Shown in pieces: positions 36,918-47,790 of a stretch of 64,000 nucleotides of DNA. A program made the translations under genes and the position numbers. Every line of letters starts with the position of its first letter. Position 1 is the stretch's first letter. This stretch comes from Auanema rhodensis (Eukaryota > Animalia > Nematoda), in contig OZ059895.1 in NCBI GenBank assembly GCA_964057225.1, positions 12,338,001 through 12,402,000 of the forward strand, in the 5' to 3' direction. Under the pieces are notes generated by a model. That model did no database searches. It was not told where the DNA came from and worked only from the letters and a program-made list of their open reading frames with translations.

Positions 36918-39900
36918 CTAAACCCCGTATCCTGTTGGCGTGAAAGTTGTAGGGGCGAAAGTCATTTTTCCTATTCGTTGTGAACTACTTAGAAAAGCTT
37001 GTGCGTATGATGCTGGATCGTCTACTTCCAACGTGAGCGATCTGGTTTCTCCTGGGTAAAACTGTTCAGTTTCCAGGCTTACTACATGAGCTATCGTGTG
37101 GTTCTCGGTCCACGGTGAGTAGTCTTGTGCTAGAGGTACTATTGTATCTCCGACTAGCAATGAATTCTGAAGTGGTCGCAATGATGTATTTATTCCTATT
37201 TTGCTGAGGGCTTCTATAAAGTCTATTCCTAATAAGATAGGTGCTGGGCAGTGGTTGTTGGCAGAAATCAGTATTTTGTGCTCAATCTCTGTTTTTCCAA
37301 TAACAATTGGAAGTCTTGTGTAGCCCAGGAAGGAAAACCGTGATTTGTTTGCTACGATAGCTGTTGTCTTTTCACCAACCATCGTTGCTACCGGTAGTTG
37401 TTGAAATGTGCTTTCCTTCATATATGATATAGAAGCTCCTGTGTCCCATAAAGCAGTAAAGATCTGATTGTGGATGGAGAGAGGTACGAAAGGTAGTCGT
37501 GATCCTCCGATGTAGTTAATCCTTGATTCTTTCATGGCGTATCGTGGTAGATAGGCTAGAAAGTCGTTGTCTGATAGTGGAGCGTCGGGATCGTATCGGG
37601 AGATTCTTGAATAGAATTTGTTTTGTTGAGATTTATTCAGTGGTTGTAATTGCTGAAGTTCGATTTCTTCATTTTTTTGCCTTGGTTCTTCTTCTTCTTC
37701 TTTGAATGTTATTTGATTGATTGGTATCCTTGTGGTACATTCATATATTTTTAATGCCCAGATGGTGGCAGTTATAAGTCCTATTGCGACGAGAATTCCC
37801 CCAATAATGGCTAGTGTCCTTAGTATCCATGCTGTAATTGATTCTCCTACATATTCGAAGAAATTTGTGATTTGTTTTTCTGCGTTGTTTGATATGTTAT
37901 CTGCTAACATTAATGTCGTTCCAACTGTTCCTCCTATAATGCCTATTGGATTTAGATCAGAGAATCCAGACTGTTTGGAGACTGGTTTCAGCTTTCCTGG
38001 CAGAGTGGCTTGTAAGGATGCTAAGCTCGATCCGTAGGAGATAGCCAGTGCCATTGGAAATGTTGACTCCGTGAGGTTTGAAAATATGTTGGAATTGTTG
38101 AACTTAATGTGATCAATTTTTACAGATGTGAGTTCATCCGAAAATGAGAAGTGAGTTACATTCAATGTTGAATTATCTTTCATCCATTGATTGTTTATTT
38201 TGTAGGGATCTGATGTAGCCATATCGCATGCTATGATGTGAGCATATGGTGTCAAATCTCTTGATCCTGGTGTAATGAATAGTTTGCCGTGATGTTCCGT
38301 GTCTACAGGCGTCTCCAGGTAACATTTATCGTCTCGTTTGTGATCCGAATATACATGTGTTATTTGTACAGGGGTGCATGGCATGACGTAGATGAGATGT
38401 TCTCCGACGAATTTGGCTGAAATGTCCTGTCGACGAAGCATAGTGCGAATTCCTATGGTCGGATTAATTTGCAGGATTGCCCACCAGGTAAGTAGCTGTT
38501 TATTTTGCATTCTGCAAACGCTTTTCTTTGTTATTTGGAAAGCTTGTAAGATTTCCTCTTCGAGTTTTGACGTAGAGTATTGGAGGTGAGACCTTGTATC
38601 TTGTTGTCGTAGTTGATCATCGTATTTTTGAATAATATCTGCTCGTGTTTGTAGGAAATTGAGGTGTGCTTGTGATCCTGTGTGAGATTTAATTTCCTCT
38701 ACCGGTTGAGTTGTTGTTGCTCGTTTCGTGGTAATCCGAGTTGTGGGAATTGTCCTAGGAGGTTCTCTGCGAGGTGTGGTAGTGAGAGGACGTGGTGGTG
38801 GAGTTACTGGAGTTGTTGTACTCTGGTAATAATGATATCTCCTTGGTGTGGTTGTGAATTGAGGTAAAGGTGTCCGATAAGTAGTAGTTGTCGGATCAAC
38901 TGTGGTTGCAGGGGTTCTAGTGGTTGTTGTAGTAGTAGTAGTTGTGGTAGTGGTTGTCGTAGGACTAGCACCCGGTGACTCAATGAGCTGAAGATATGTT
39001 TGTTGAAATAATGAGCTGTCTTCTTCCGTGATGGGTCTGGCTGTAGGTAGTGTTTTCGGGAATCCGTAGTTTTGTGCGTGTCCGTTGAAGATGAGAGTAT
39101 AGTTGGGAAAGGTAATCGCTGAAGAGTTTGACTGTCTTGTGAGATCAGCCCATTTCTTGTTTTCTGCTTCTCTTTCCTCTTTTGATATCCGGCTTAGACG
39201 ATTGTTTTGAGCTAGGTAGTCGAGAAATTTTTGTATTTCGTCTATCTGGGTGTAGACCTGTGGGTCTGTACGTGATCTAGGCAGTTTTGTCATTCTGGGT
39301 GGGTAAAGTTGGTATAAGTATTCCTCCAACGATGGAATAGTTTCTCCTGTAGCCAGAGTTGTAGGTGTCTGTGCTATTTCGAGTGCTATTTGTCTTGCTC
39401 GTTCGAGATAGTCGCCTTTGTGGTTTAGTAATCGTGTGGCAAAGTCGCTGATAGTGATTTGCTTGCTGAGTTTTGCCGTAATTTCTGATGGTAATAGATG
39501 TTCAATGGCGATTTCTGTGGAAAGTCGAATCTCGGCTTCTGCGAGTGTGTGTAGGATAACCATGTTGATATCGGTGTAGTTGTGCCATAAGAGTCGATAT
39601 TTTAGTTTTGATGCTTCCAGTTGTAGGAATTTGATGAGCCCTATGTGTACGCTAGATGTTTTGAGGTAGTCTATAAGGTTATAGGTACTATCTAGTCTTT
39701 TACGATTTCGATATGCTTGGTACATTGGTAGTAATCCTGTAGAACTGTCTGTGAGGCGAAGTGATTGATAGATAGTGATGTTGAAGAATCTCGTAGGGTA
39801 CTCCTGTGGTGCTTTTCTCTTTTGACGTCGGGGTTTTAACTCGTTGATGGAAATGTACGTACCCCTGTCAGTTGAATAGATGTTCTTATTCATACATCTT

Positions 39901-42287
39901 GTAGCAATAGGGTCTGGCGTGTCGTCGTTGAGGATGAATGCTCCTTGTATTTCCGAGATTATAACAGTATCATTATTGATTAGTGCTTCGAATTTTCCTA
40001 AAGTTGTGTAATCACAATTTCGATGGTTATTGGGTGGGATCCATGTGATAACTGCGTTTGTGGTGTTGCATACACCTTGTTGTTTAGTGCATCCCTCAGT
40101 GTTGATAAACAAGTCGGAGATTATAGTGTCATCGTGTAGGCTAGTCATCATTCCTCTTTCTAATGTGAATCTTGATTTTGTTGTGCAAGAGGATGACCAG
40201 AACGATTTTGATTGAGTATTGGTAGGCATAGGAGTTTTGAATAGTCCTGGAGCTTCCCGATTGAGGTTGTTATCCGTGTGTCGTCTCTCTTGAATGGCTG
40301 TTTTGCATTCTTGTGGAGTGGCTGGTTCTATTCGGAGTAATGTGAGGTTGTTTTCCCTGATGAAGAATAAGTCGTAGGCGCAAGCTTTATAGATTTCCTT
40401 GGAGCATTTCCATGCTTCCCATTCTTTGTAATTCATATTTTCTGCAAATAGTTCCACTGTTTTTATCTTGACTCCGTCTTTGTGTGCATAGTCTGAGCAG
40501 GTTGTTGGTCGAGGTGGTTCGAGGAAAATACCTCCTCGTTTGCCGATGCAGAGTTGATAGGTGTTGTCTGCCTGACAGGGTATCAAAGATAAAGCGATGA
40601 CGGATAAGAATAGCGGTATGAACGGAAGTGTCTTCCTTGTTTTTCCTGTTTCTTTCTCCACTTTGTTAACGTGAAAACGAACGCTAGGGCTTCTGGTACG
40701 ATCTCTGTACCTGTTATGTTGTCCATGCGAAGTGCTGCAATTTCTTTGTTGGAATCCGCGATCGTGATAGTTTCCGCGGTTGTATCGGTCGTTTCTTCTG
40801 TGCTCATGTCGATCGTTTCCTCTGTTATCATATCGGTCGTTTCTTCTGTTATCGTATCGATCGTTGTATCTATCGTACCGTTGAGGACTACGATAACTGT
40901 TGTATCCTCGTTGGTATCCATTGTTTCTGTTATCTTGTCTGAAGTTGGGACGGTTATTTTGTCGGTCGTCCTGGTATCTTGGTGGGCGGTATCCTCCTCT
41001 TCTTTGATTCCATTGTTCCTGTGGGCGTTGTGGTCTTGATTGATTTCCATAAAACGTTCTTGGTTGGTGTGTTTGTGATTCGTCATGGGTTTTGTCCTGT
41101 TGTGAGGTTCTCATGTGGTTTATGAGACCGTTATTGATCTCTAATTGTTCCACGTTTTTGATCAAGTTGTTGATATGTAGCGACGGATCTTCGTCGGCTT
41201 CTACTGTTTCGGCGATAGTTACAGCTGCATCGAAGGTTATAGGGCTGCGGTTATTGACGTGTGTTCTTAAAGTCTTTCTTAGTCCTCCTAAGAACGAAAC
41301 ACGTAGTATTCTTTCGTCAGCTGTTGAGTCCATGTTGCATGATTCGTAAGCGAGATTTCTGCAACGTTGCGCGAAATTTTGTACCGTTTCGTTTTCTCCT
41401 TGTTTCAAATGGGTGAGTTTCGTAAATGCAGCATCCCTCTTTTCTGGAGGTTGTAATTTCTCCGATAGTAGACGTTTGACGTGGTTCCATCCTTGGCGTA
41501 AGTCTTCTGCTGGTATAGTTCGCAGAGCTTCGGCGGCTCTGTCCGTTCCAAGAAGTAGATAAAGATGGGAAAGTCTCTCGGCAATAGGGACTTGAAGTGC
41601 ATCAAAATATCCTTCTAGTCTTTGCATGTAGAGATTGAATGGTACGGATCCATCATAAAGCGTAGGTTTATGATGGCGAATAGAAACATTGTTGGCTCTC
41701 GCGATAGGAGGATTATCTTGCTCCATCTGATTTGCCATTTGAGGGCGACTTCTCTGCTCTGTAACATTCGAAGTCAAATTTATGTTATTGTCTGACGAAG
41801 AAGAGACAGGAGACAGAGAGTGCCCATGCAAAGATTGATCAGTGGAAGAGGGGGAATTTCTAGGAATAGGAGAAGTGAGGATTTCCGCGTTTTCGGTTTG
41901 AATAGGACGTTGAGGAGAAGTGTGATTTGGAAGATAAGTGTTAGTGCCGGTGTCAATGACTGTTTTTGGAGAGTGAGAAGAGCGTTTGGGCGTGGATTTA
42001 CTAGATGTTGCTTTATTTTTATTCAAACTTATCGCATGCCTAGTAGTTTTGATAGCAGTTGTATAAAGTTTCTTAGCAGTTAGCGGTGTGCCCGGAATGG
42101 GGGGTAATTTCTTTGATTTAGCGTTAGTTTTCGGATGTTTCGCATCTGGTCGAAATGCATCCGGTGGTCCTCTTTTTCTTTGGTTTCTATGCAGTGCTGC
42201 TTCCACTGTCTGGGTATTCTCTGAGCTATTTGTAGTGTTTTGGGTATTATTTCCCGGCGGAGGGTTTTGATTCGCTGTGTCAGCCAT
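36918..42287 (-). CDS. Gag-Env-protease polyprotein (1789 aa)
   Basis: Gag capsid-like region (YDGSVPF..Y...LE; LKQGENETV..F); R/N/D-rich region; internal signal peptide ~40569-40628; Cys-rich glycoprotein; furin-like RRQKR ~39816-39830; Thr-rich mucin region ~38700-38960; TM ~37755-37830; protease LWDTGAS (DTG 37437-37445). Confidence 0.88.
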   Translation of the reverse strand: MADTANQNPPPGNNTQNTTNSSENTQTVEAALHRNQRKRGPPDAFRPDAKHPKTNAKSKKLPPIPGTPLTAKKLYTTAIKTTRHAISLNKNKATSSKSTPKRSSHSPKTVIDTGTNTYLPNHTSPQRPIQTENAEILTSPIPRNSPSSTDQSLHGHSLSPVSSSSDNNINLTSNVTEQRSRPQMANQMEQDNPPIARANNVSIRHHKPTLYDGSVPFNLYMQRLEGYFDALQVPIAERLSHLYLLLGTDRAAEALRTIPAEDLRQGWNHVKRLLSEKLQPPEKRDAAFTKLTHLKQGENETVQNFAQRCRNLAYESCNMDSTADERILRVSFLGGLRKTLRTHVNNRSPITFDAAVTIAETVEADEDPSLHINNLIKNVEQLEINNGLINHMRTSQQDKTHDESQTHQPRTFYGNQSRPQRPQEQWNQRRGGYRPPRYQDDRQNNRPNFRQDNRNNGYQRGYNSYRSPQRYDRYNDRYDNRRNDRYDNRGNDRHEHRRNDRYNRGNYHDRGFQQRNCSTSHGQHNRYRDRTRSPSVRFHVNKVEKETGKTRKTLPFIPLFLSVIALSLIPCQADNTYQLCIGKRGGIFLEPPRPTTCSDYAHKDGVKIKTVELFAENMNYKEWEAWKCSKEIYKACAYDLFFIRENNLTLLRIEPATPQECKTAIQERRHTDNNLNREAPGLFKTPMPTNTQSKSFWSSSCTTKSRFTLERGMMTSLHDDTIISDLFINTEGCTKQQGVCNTTNAVITWIPPNNHRNCDYTTLGKFEALINNDTVIISEIQGAFILNDDTPDPIATRCMNKNIYSTDRGTYISINELKPRRQKRKAPQEYPTRFFNITIYQSLRLTDSSTGLLPMYQAYRNRKRLDSTYNLIDYLKTSSVHIGLIKFLQLEASKLKYRLLWHNYTDINMVILHTLAEAEIRLSTEIAIEHLLPSEITAKLSKQITISDFATRLLNHKGDYLERARQIALEIAQTPTTLATGETIPSLEEYLYQLYPPRMTKLPRSRTDPQVYTQIDEIQKFLDYLAQNNRLSRISKEEREAENKKWADLTRQSNSSAITFPNYTLIFNGHAQNYGFPKTLPTARPITEEDSSLFQQTYLQLIESPGASPTTTTTTTTTTTTTTRTPATTVDPTTTTYRTPLPQFTTTPRRYHYYQSTTTPVTPPPRPLTTTPRREPPRTIPTTRITTKRATTTQPVEEIKSHTGSQAHLNFLQTRADIIQKYDDQLRQQDTRSHLQYSTSKLEEEILQAFQITKKSVCRMQNKQLLTWWAILQINPTIGIRTMLRRQDISAKFVGEHLIYVMPCTPVQITHVYSDHKRDDKCYLETPVDTEHHGKLFITPGSRDLTPYAHIIACDMATSDPYKINNQWMKDNSTLNVTHFSFSDELTSVKIDHIKFNNSNIFSNLTESTFPMALAISYGSSLASLQATLPGKLKPVSKQSGFSDLNPIGIIGGTVGTTLMLADNISNNAEKQITNFFEYVGESITAWILRTLAIIGGILVAIGLITATIWALKIYECTTRIPINQITFKEEEEEPRQKNEEIELQQLQPLNKSQQNKFYSRISRYDPDAPLSDNDFLAYLPRYAMKESRINYIGGSRLPFVPLSIHNQIFTALWDTGASISYMKESTFQQLPVATMVGEKTTAIVANKSRFSFLGYTRLPIVIGKTEIEHKILISANNHCPAPILLGIDFIEALSKIGINTSLRPLQNSLLVGDTIVPLAQDYSPWTENHTIAHVVSLETEQFYPGETRSLTLEVDDPASYAQAFLSSSQRIGKMTFAPTTFTPTGYGV

Positions 42288-43256
42288 TTTTGTTGGTTTC
42301 CTGGAAGGAAATTATTAACCAACGAAGACTGAGCTTATATATACAAACGTAAGAAACAATATGGGGTTGGTATGCGCGACTCCTGTTTCTGTCAGGGGGC
42401 CAGCCTGCAGCGGGTCTCTAGTCGGAGAATAGCCTGGTCAGGTTCATACACGAGTCCGCAACTACGTGTGACCTTAGCAAAGGACCGGGTTCTTATCTCA
42501 CGAAGAGGCATGAGATGCGAGACAGTGGTCTGTGTATTGTGCCTTTTCAGTCATGGACAAGATCAGGTACACAGGCTTCTCGAACTCATTTTTCCAGACT
42601 TCTCGTGCCTAAGCGAACCCGCAGAAGACGTTCCCTTTTAACGTTGCTTCTGCTCCCCTGGGCTCTGCTAGGTGGGACCACTTAACTTCAAAAAAATATT
42701 ACGTTTTGTAATTCTCATATAGGACCGAAAAAAAAGGGTTAATTTCAAATGAATGCGCGTCTTATATCAAAAGTGTACGCCTCCGCACGATGTCCCGAGA
42801 AAGTCTGGTATTGTTTCTCACGGGCTTGAATAAAATAGAATAGTTTATGGTTTATGAGTAGGAAGTTTTACGAAGAGAAAAAAAATAGATGATTCAAGAA
42901 TATGTTTTGGTAGTTTTTTTTTTTTTTTTTTTTTTTTTTGAAAATGTCTTATAAATGATAATGAATAAATGTTTTTAAAGTATTTTATAAATAGATTATG
43001 ACAATAAATGTTTTGATTTGTTTGTTTCAAAAGAGTTTTCATGCATTATATGCTTTTAATATATATGAAATAAAATAAGAAAGAATGAAGTAAAGATAAA
43101 ATTCGGGTAACATTTAGGAGATAAAATTGACAATTTTAGAAATAGAAGTTTGAATATTATATAAAGTTTTGATATGAAGGATAAAAGATTTTGAATACAA
43201 AAAGGATTTCGAAAAGTAGCGGAAATGGTCCATAGAGATCCGTCCGTTATAGACGG

Positions 43257-43274
43257 ATCTCGGTGGAACCTCCA
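43257..43274 (-). promoter_or_regulatory. Primer-binding site complementary to the tRNA-Gln 3' end
   Basis: TGGAGGTTCCACCGAGAT directly abuts the LTR; matches recalled eukaryotic tRNA-Gln ...ATCTCGGTGGAACCT-CCA. Confidence 0.8.
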
Positions 43275-43661
43275 CGTTCCATTTGATCGCCCTAGGGTTC
43301 CGACTAGGGTTTCAGATGGATTTTGTGCAAGGGTTTCATTGTTCAACAAGTAGATAAATTAGCAACCGTTTTATTATATAGAGAAAACTACAATAGGAAA
43401 TGTTATAAACTACAAACAAGTAAAGTTAAAGTCTAAAACTACATGATAGAAGATCTGCCTTAGTGTGTTTTCTACGGGTTTATATAGCAAACTATAGAAT
43501 GTAAAAAGTGAATGAATTTGTATAAAAAGAATTACGTTCCACCTTATTCCGTGGAATCTTTTATAAAAAAAACTTTCGAATTCTAGTTTCTTATTTTATT
43601 TGATTAAACTAAAGTCGGTTGACGTAGTCAACCGCCTTCTCTATAAGTTATGTATGGAACA
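43275..43661 (-). repeat. Gypsy 5' LTR (387 bp; TG...CG)
   Basis: Terminal inverted repeat TGTTCCAT/ATGGAACG; bounded by PBS and 5S spacer; terminal 24 bp repeated at 33289-33312. Confidence 0.82.
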
Positions 43662-43722
43662 CATAACTAACATGAAATTGGAAAAAAAACAATAACGAGG
43701 ATAAGTATGTAAATCATTGAAA

Positions 43723-43841
43723 GCTTACGACCATACCACGTTGAAAGTACGCCATCCCGTCCGATCTGGCAAGTCAAGCAACGTTGGGCCCGGTTAGTAC
43801 TTGGATCGGAGACGGCTTGGGAATCCCGGGTGCCGTAAGCT
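43723..43841 (+). rRNA. 5S rRNA
   Basis: Full-length consensus copy. Confidence 0.95.
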
Positions 43842-44238
43842 TTTCAATTTTTTTTAACGATCATACCACGTTGAGAGTACGCCATGCAGCTGATTTTCAA
43901 TTTTATCTCTTCCGTAACAAATGTTTTCAATTTTCCAGCAGTTTTACTTAGATAGCTCAACCCAAGGCATCAAAATATCTTCAATCTTATTTCTATATTA
44001 CATTTATAAACCAGTAGTTTATGAACCTTCATCTTAACTTTACTGTTTCTATCTATTTCCTATTGAAACAAACGTTGTTTAAACACTATACAACTGTGAA
44101 ACCTTTTTTAATTTATTGTATTTGGAGCTCATAAGATTTGATATCATCGAGGGATTTAGATGTAACGTAGAAAATTACATAACTAACATGAAATTGGAAA
44201 AAAAACAATAACGAGGATAAGTATGTAAATCATTGAAA

Positions 44239-44357
44239 GCTTACGACCATACCACGTTAAAAGTACGTCATCCCGTCCGATCTGGCAAGTCAAGCAACGT
44301 TGGGCCCGGTTAGTACTTGGATCGGAGACGGCTTGGGAATCCCGGGTGCCGTAAGCT
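44239..44357 (+). rRNA. 5S rRNA
   Basis: Full length, two substitutions. Confidence 0.9.
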
Positions 44358-46355
44358 TTTCAATTTTTTTTAACGATCATACCACGTTGAAAGTACGCCA
44401 TGCAGCTGATTTTCAATTTTATCTCTTCCGTAACAAATGTTTTTAATTTTCCAGCAGTTTTACTTAGATAGATCAACCCCAGGCATCAAAATATCTTTAA
44501 TCTTATTTCTATATTACATTTATAAACCAGTAGTTTATGAACCTACATCATAACTTTACTGTTTCTATCTATTTCCTATTTCAACAAATGTTGTTTAAAC
44601 ACTATACAACTGTGAAACCTTTTTTAATTTATTGTATTTGGAGCTCATAAGATTTGATATCATCGAGGGATTTAGATGTAACGTAGAAAATTACATAACT
44701 AACATGAAATTGGAAAAAAAAACAATAACGAGGATAAGTATGTAAATCATTGAATATCAGATATTTTCGCTTACGACCATACCACGTTGAAAGTACGCCA
44801 TGCAGCTGATTTTCAATTTTATCTCTTCCGTAACAAATGTTTTTAATTTTCCAGCAGTTTTACTTAGATAGCTCAACCCAAGGCATCAAAATATCTTCAA
44901 TCTTATTTCTATATTACATTTATAAACCAGTAGTTTATGAACCTTCATCTTAACTTTACTGTTTCTATCTATTTCCTATTAAAACAAATGTTGTTTAAAC
45001 ACTATACAACTGTGAAACCTTTTTTAATTTATTGTATTTGGAGCTCATAAGATTTGATATCATCGAGGGATTTAGATGTAACGTAGAAAATTACATAACT
45101 AACATGAAATTGGAAAAAAAAACAATAACGAGGATAAGTATGTAAATCATTGAATATCAGATATTTTCGCTAACGACCATACCACGTTGAAAGTACGCCA
45201 TGCAGCTGATTTTCAATTTTATCTCTTCCGTAACAAATGTTTTTAATTTTCCAGCAGTTTTACTTAGATAGCTCAACCCAAGGCATCAAAATATCTTTAA
45301 TCTTATTTCTACATTACATTTATGAACCAGTAGTTTATGAACCTTCATCTTAACTTTACTGTTTCTATCTATTTCCTATTGAAACAAATGTTGTTTAAAC
45401 ACTATACAACTGTGAAACCTTTTTTAATTTATTGTATTCGGAGCTCATAAGATTTGATATCATCGAGGGATTTGGATGTAACGTAGAAAATTACATAACT
45501 AACATGAAATTGGAAAAAAAAACAATAACGAGGATAAGTATGTAAATCATTGAATATCAGATATTTTCGCTTACGACCATACCACGTTGAAAGTACGCCA
45601 TGCAGCTCATTTTCAATTTTATCTCTTCCGTAACAAATGTTTTTAATTTTCCAGCAGTTTTACTTAGAAAGCTCAACCGAAGGCAGCAAATTATCTCTAA
45701 TCTTATTCCTATATCACAGTTATAAACCAGTAGTTTATGAACTTTCATCTTAACTTTACTGTTTCTATCTATTTCCTATTGAAACAAACATTGTTTAAAC
45801 ACTATACAACTGTGAAACCTTTTTTAATTTATTGTATTTGGAGCTCATAAGATTTGATATCATCGAGGGATTTAGATGTAACGTAGAAAATTACATAACT
45901 AACATGAAATTGGAAAAAAAAACAATAACGAGGATAAGTATGTAAATCATTGAATATCAGATATTTTCGCTAACGACCATACCACGTTGAAAGTACGCCA
46001 TGCAGCTGATTTTCAATTTTATCTCTTCCGTAACAAATGTTTTTAATTTTCCAGCAGTTTTACTTAGATAGCTCAACCCAAGGCATCAAAATATCTTTAA
46101 TCTTATTTCTACATTACATTTATGAACCAGTAGTTTATGAACCTTCATCTTAACTTTACTGTTTCTATCTATTTCCTATTGAAACAAATGTTGTTTAAAC
46201 ACTATACAACTGTGAAACCTTTTTTAATTTATTGTATTCGGAGCTCATAAGATTTGATATCATCGAGGGATTTGGATGTAACGTAGAAAATTACATAACT
46301 AACATGAAATTGGAAAAAAAAACAATAACGAGGATAAGTATGTAAATCATTGAAA

Positions 46356-46474
46356 GCTTACGACCATACCACGTTGAAAGTACGCCATCCCGTCCGATCT
46401 GGCAAGTCAAGCAACGTTGGGCCCGGTTAGTACTTGGATCGGAGACGGCTTGGGAATCCCGGGTGCCGTAAGCT
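46356..46474 (+). rRNA. 5S rRNA
   Basis: Full-length copy. Confidence 0.95.
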
Positions 46475-47671
46475 TTTCAAATTTTTTTAACGATCATACC
46501 ACGTTGAAAGTAAGCCATGCAGCTGATTCTCAATTTTATCTCTTCCGTAACAAATGTTTTAATTTTCCAGCAGTTTTACTTAGATAGCTCGACCCAAGGC
46601 ATCAAAATATCTTTAATCTTATTTCTATATTACATTTATAAACCAGTAGTTTATGAACCTTCATCTTAACTTTACTGTTTCTATCTATCTCCTATTAAAA
46701 CAAATGTTGTTTAAATACTATAGAACTGTGAAACCTTTTTTAATTTATTGTATTTGGAGCTCATAAGATTTGATATCATCGAGGGATTTAGATGTAACGT
46801 AGAAAATTGCATAACTAACATGAAATTAGAAAAAAAAACAATAACGAAGATAAGTATGTAAATCATTGAATATCAGATATTTTCGCTTACGACCATACCA
46901 CGTTGAAAGTACGCCATGCAGCTGATTCTCAATTTTATCTCTTCCGTAACAAATGTTTTTAATTTTCCAGCAGTTTTACTTAGATAGCTCGACCCAAGGC
47001 ATCAAAATATCTTTAATCTTATTTCTATATTACATTTATAAACCAGTAGTTTATGAACCTTCATCTTAACTTTACTGTTTCTATCTATTTCCTATTAAAA
47101 CAAATGTTGTTTAAATACTATAGAACTGTGAAACCTTTTTTAATTTATTGTATTTGGAGCTCATAAGATTTGATATCATCGAGGGATTTAGATGTAACGT
47201 AGAAAATTGCATAACTAACATGAAATTAGAAAAAAAAACAATAACGAAGATAAGTATGTAAATCATTGAATATCAGATATTTTCGCTTACGACCATACCA
47301 CGTTGAAAGTACGCCATGCAGCTGATTTTCAATTTTATCTCTTCCGTAACAAATGTTTTTAATTTTCCAGCAGTTTTACTTAGATAGCTCAACCCAAGGC
47401 ATCAAAATATCTTCAATCTTATTTCTATATTACATTTATAAACCAGTAGTTTATGAACCTTCATCTTAACTTTACTGTTTCTATCTACTTCCTATTGAAA
47501 CAAACGTTGTTTAAACACTATACAACTGTGAAACCTTTTTTAATTTATTGTATTCGGAGCTCATAAGATTTGATATCATCGAGGGATTTGGATGTAACGT
47601 AGAAAATTACATAACTAACATGAAATTGGAAAAAAAAACAATAACGAGGATAAGTATGTAAATCATTGAAA

Positions 47672-47790
47672 GCTTACGACCATACCACGTTGAAAGTACG
47701 CCATCCCGTCCGATCTGGCAAGTCAAGCAACGTTGGGCCCGGTTAGTACTTGGATCGGAGACGGCTTGGGAATCCCGGGTGCCGTAAGCT
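47672..47790 (+). rRNA. 5S rRNA
   Basis: Full-length copy. Confidence 0.95.

Larger units (their letters stand above)
33289..43661 (-). mobile_element. Ty3/Gypsy endogenous retrovirus-like element with gag-env-pro-RT-RH-IN order
   Basis: 5' LTR 43275-43661, PBS, polyprotein 42287-33439 and a 24-bp terminal remnant of the 3' LTR at 33289-33312. Confidence 0.92.

Noticed and set aside
37523-42641. Plus-strand ORFs overlapping the Gypsy polyprotein
   Set aside because: Shadow frames without motifs, explained by codon bias of the sense ORF
42665-42682. Second PBS-like sequence (minus-strand TGGTCCCACCTAG)
   Set aside because: Short imperfect match with no adjacent recognisable LTR
44769-45168. 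Truncated units as 5S-derived SINEs or Cassandra-like elements
   Set aside because: No A/C boxes, tails, LTRs or TSDs; fully explained by deletion between direct repeats
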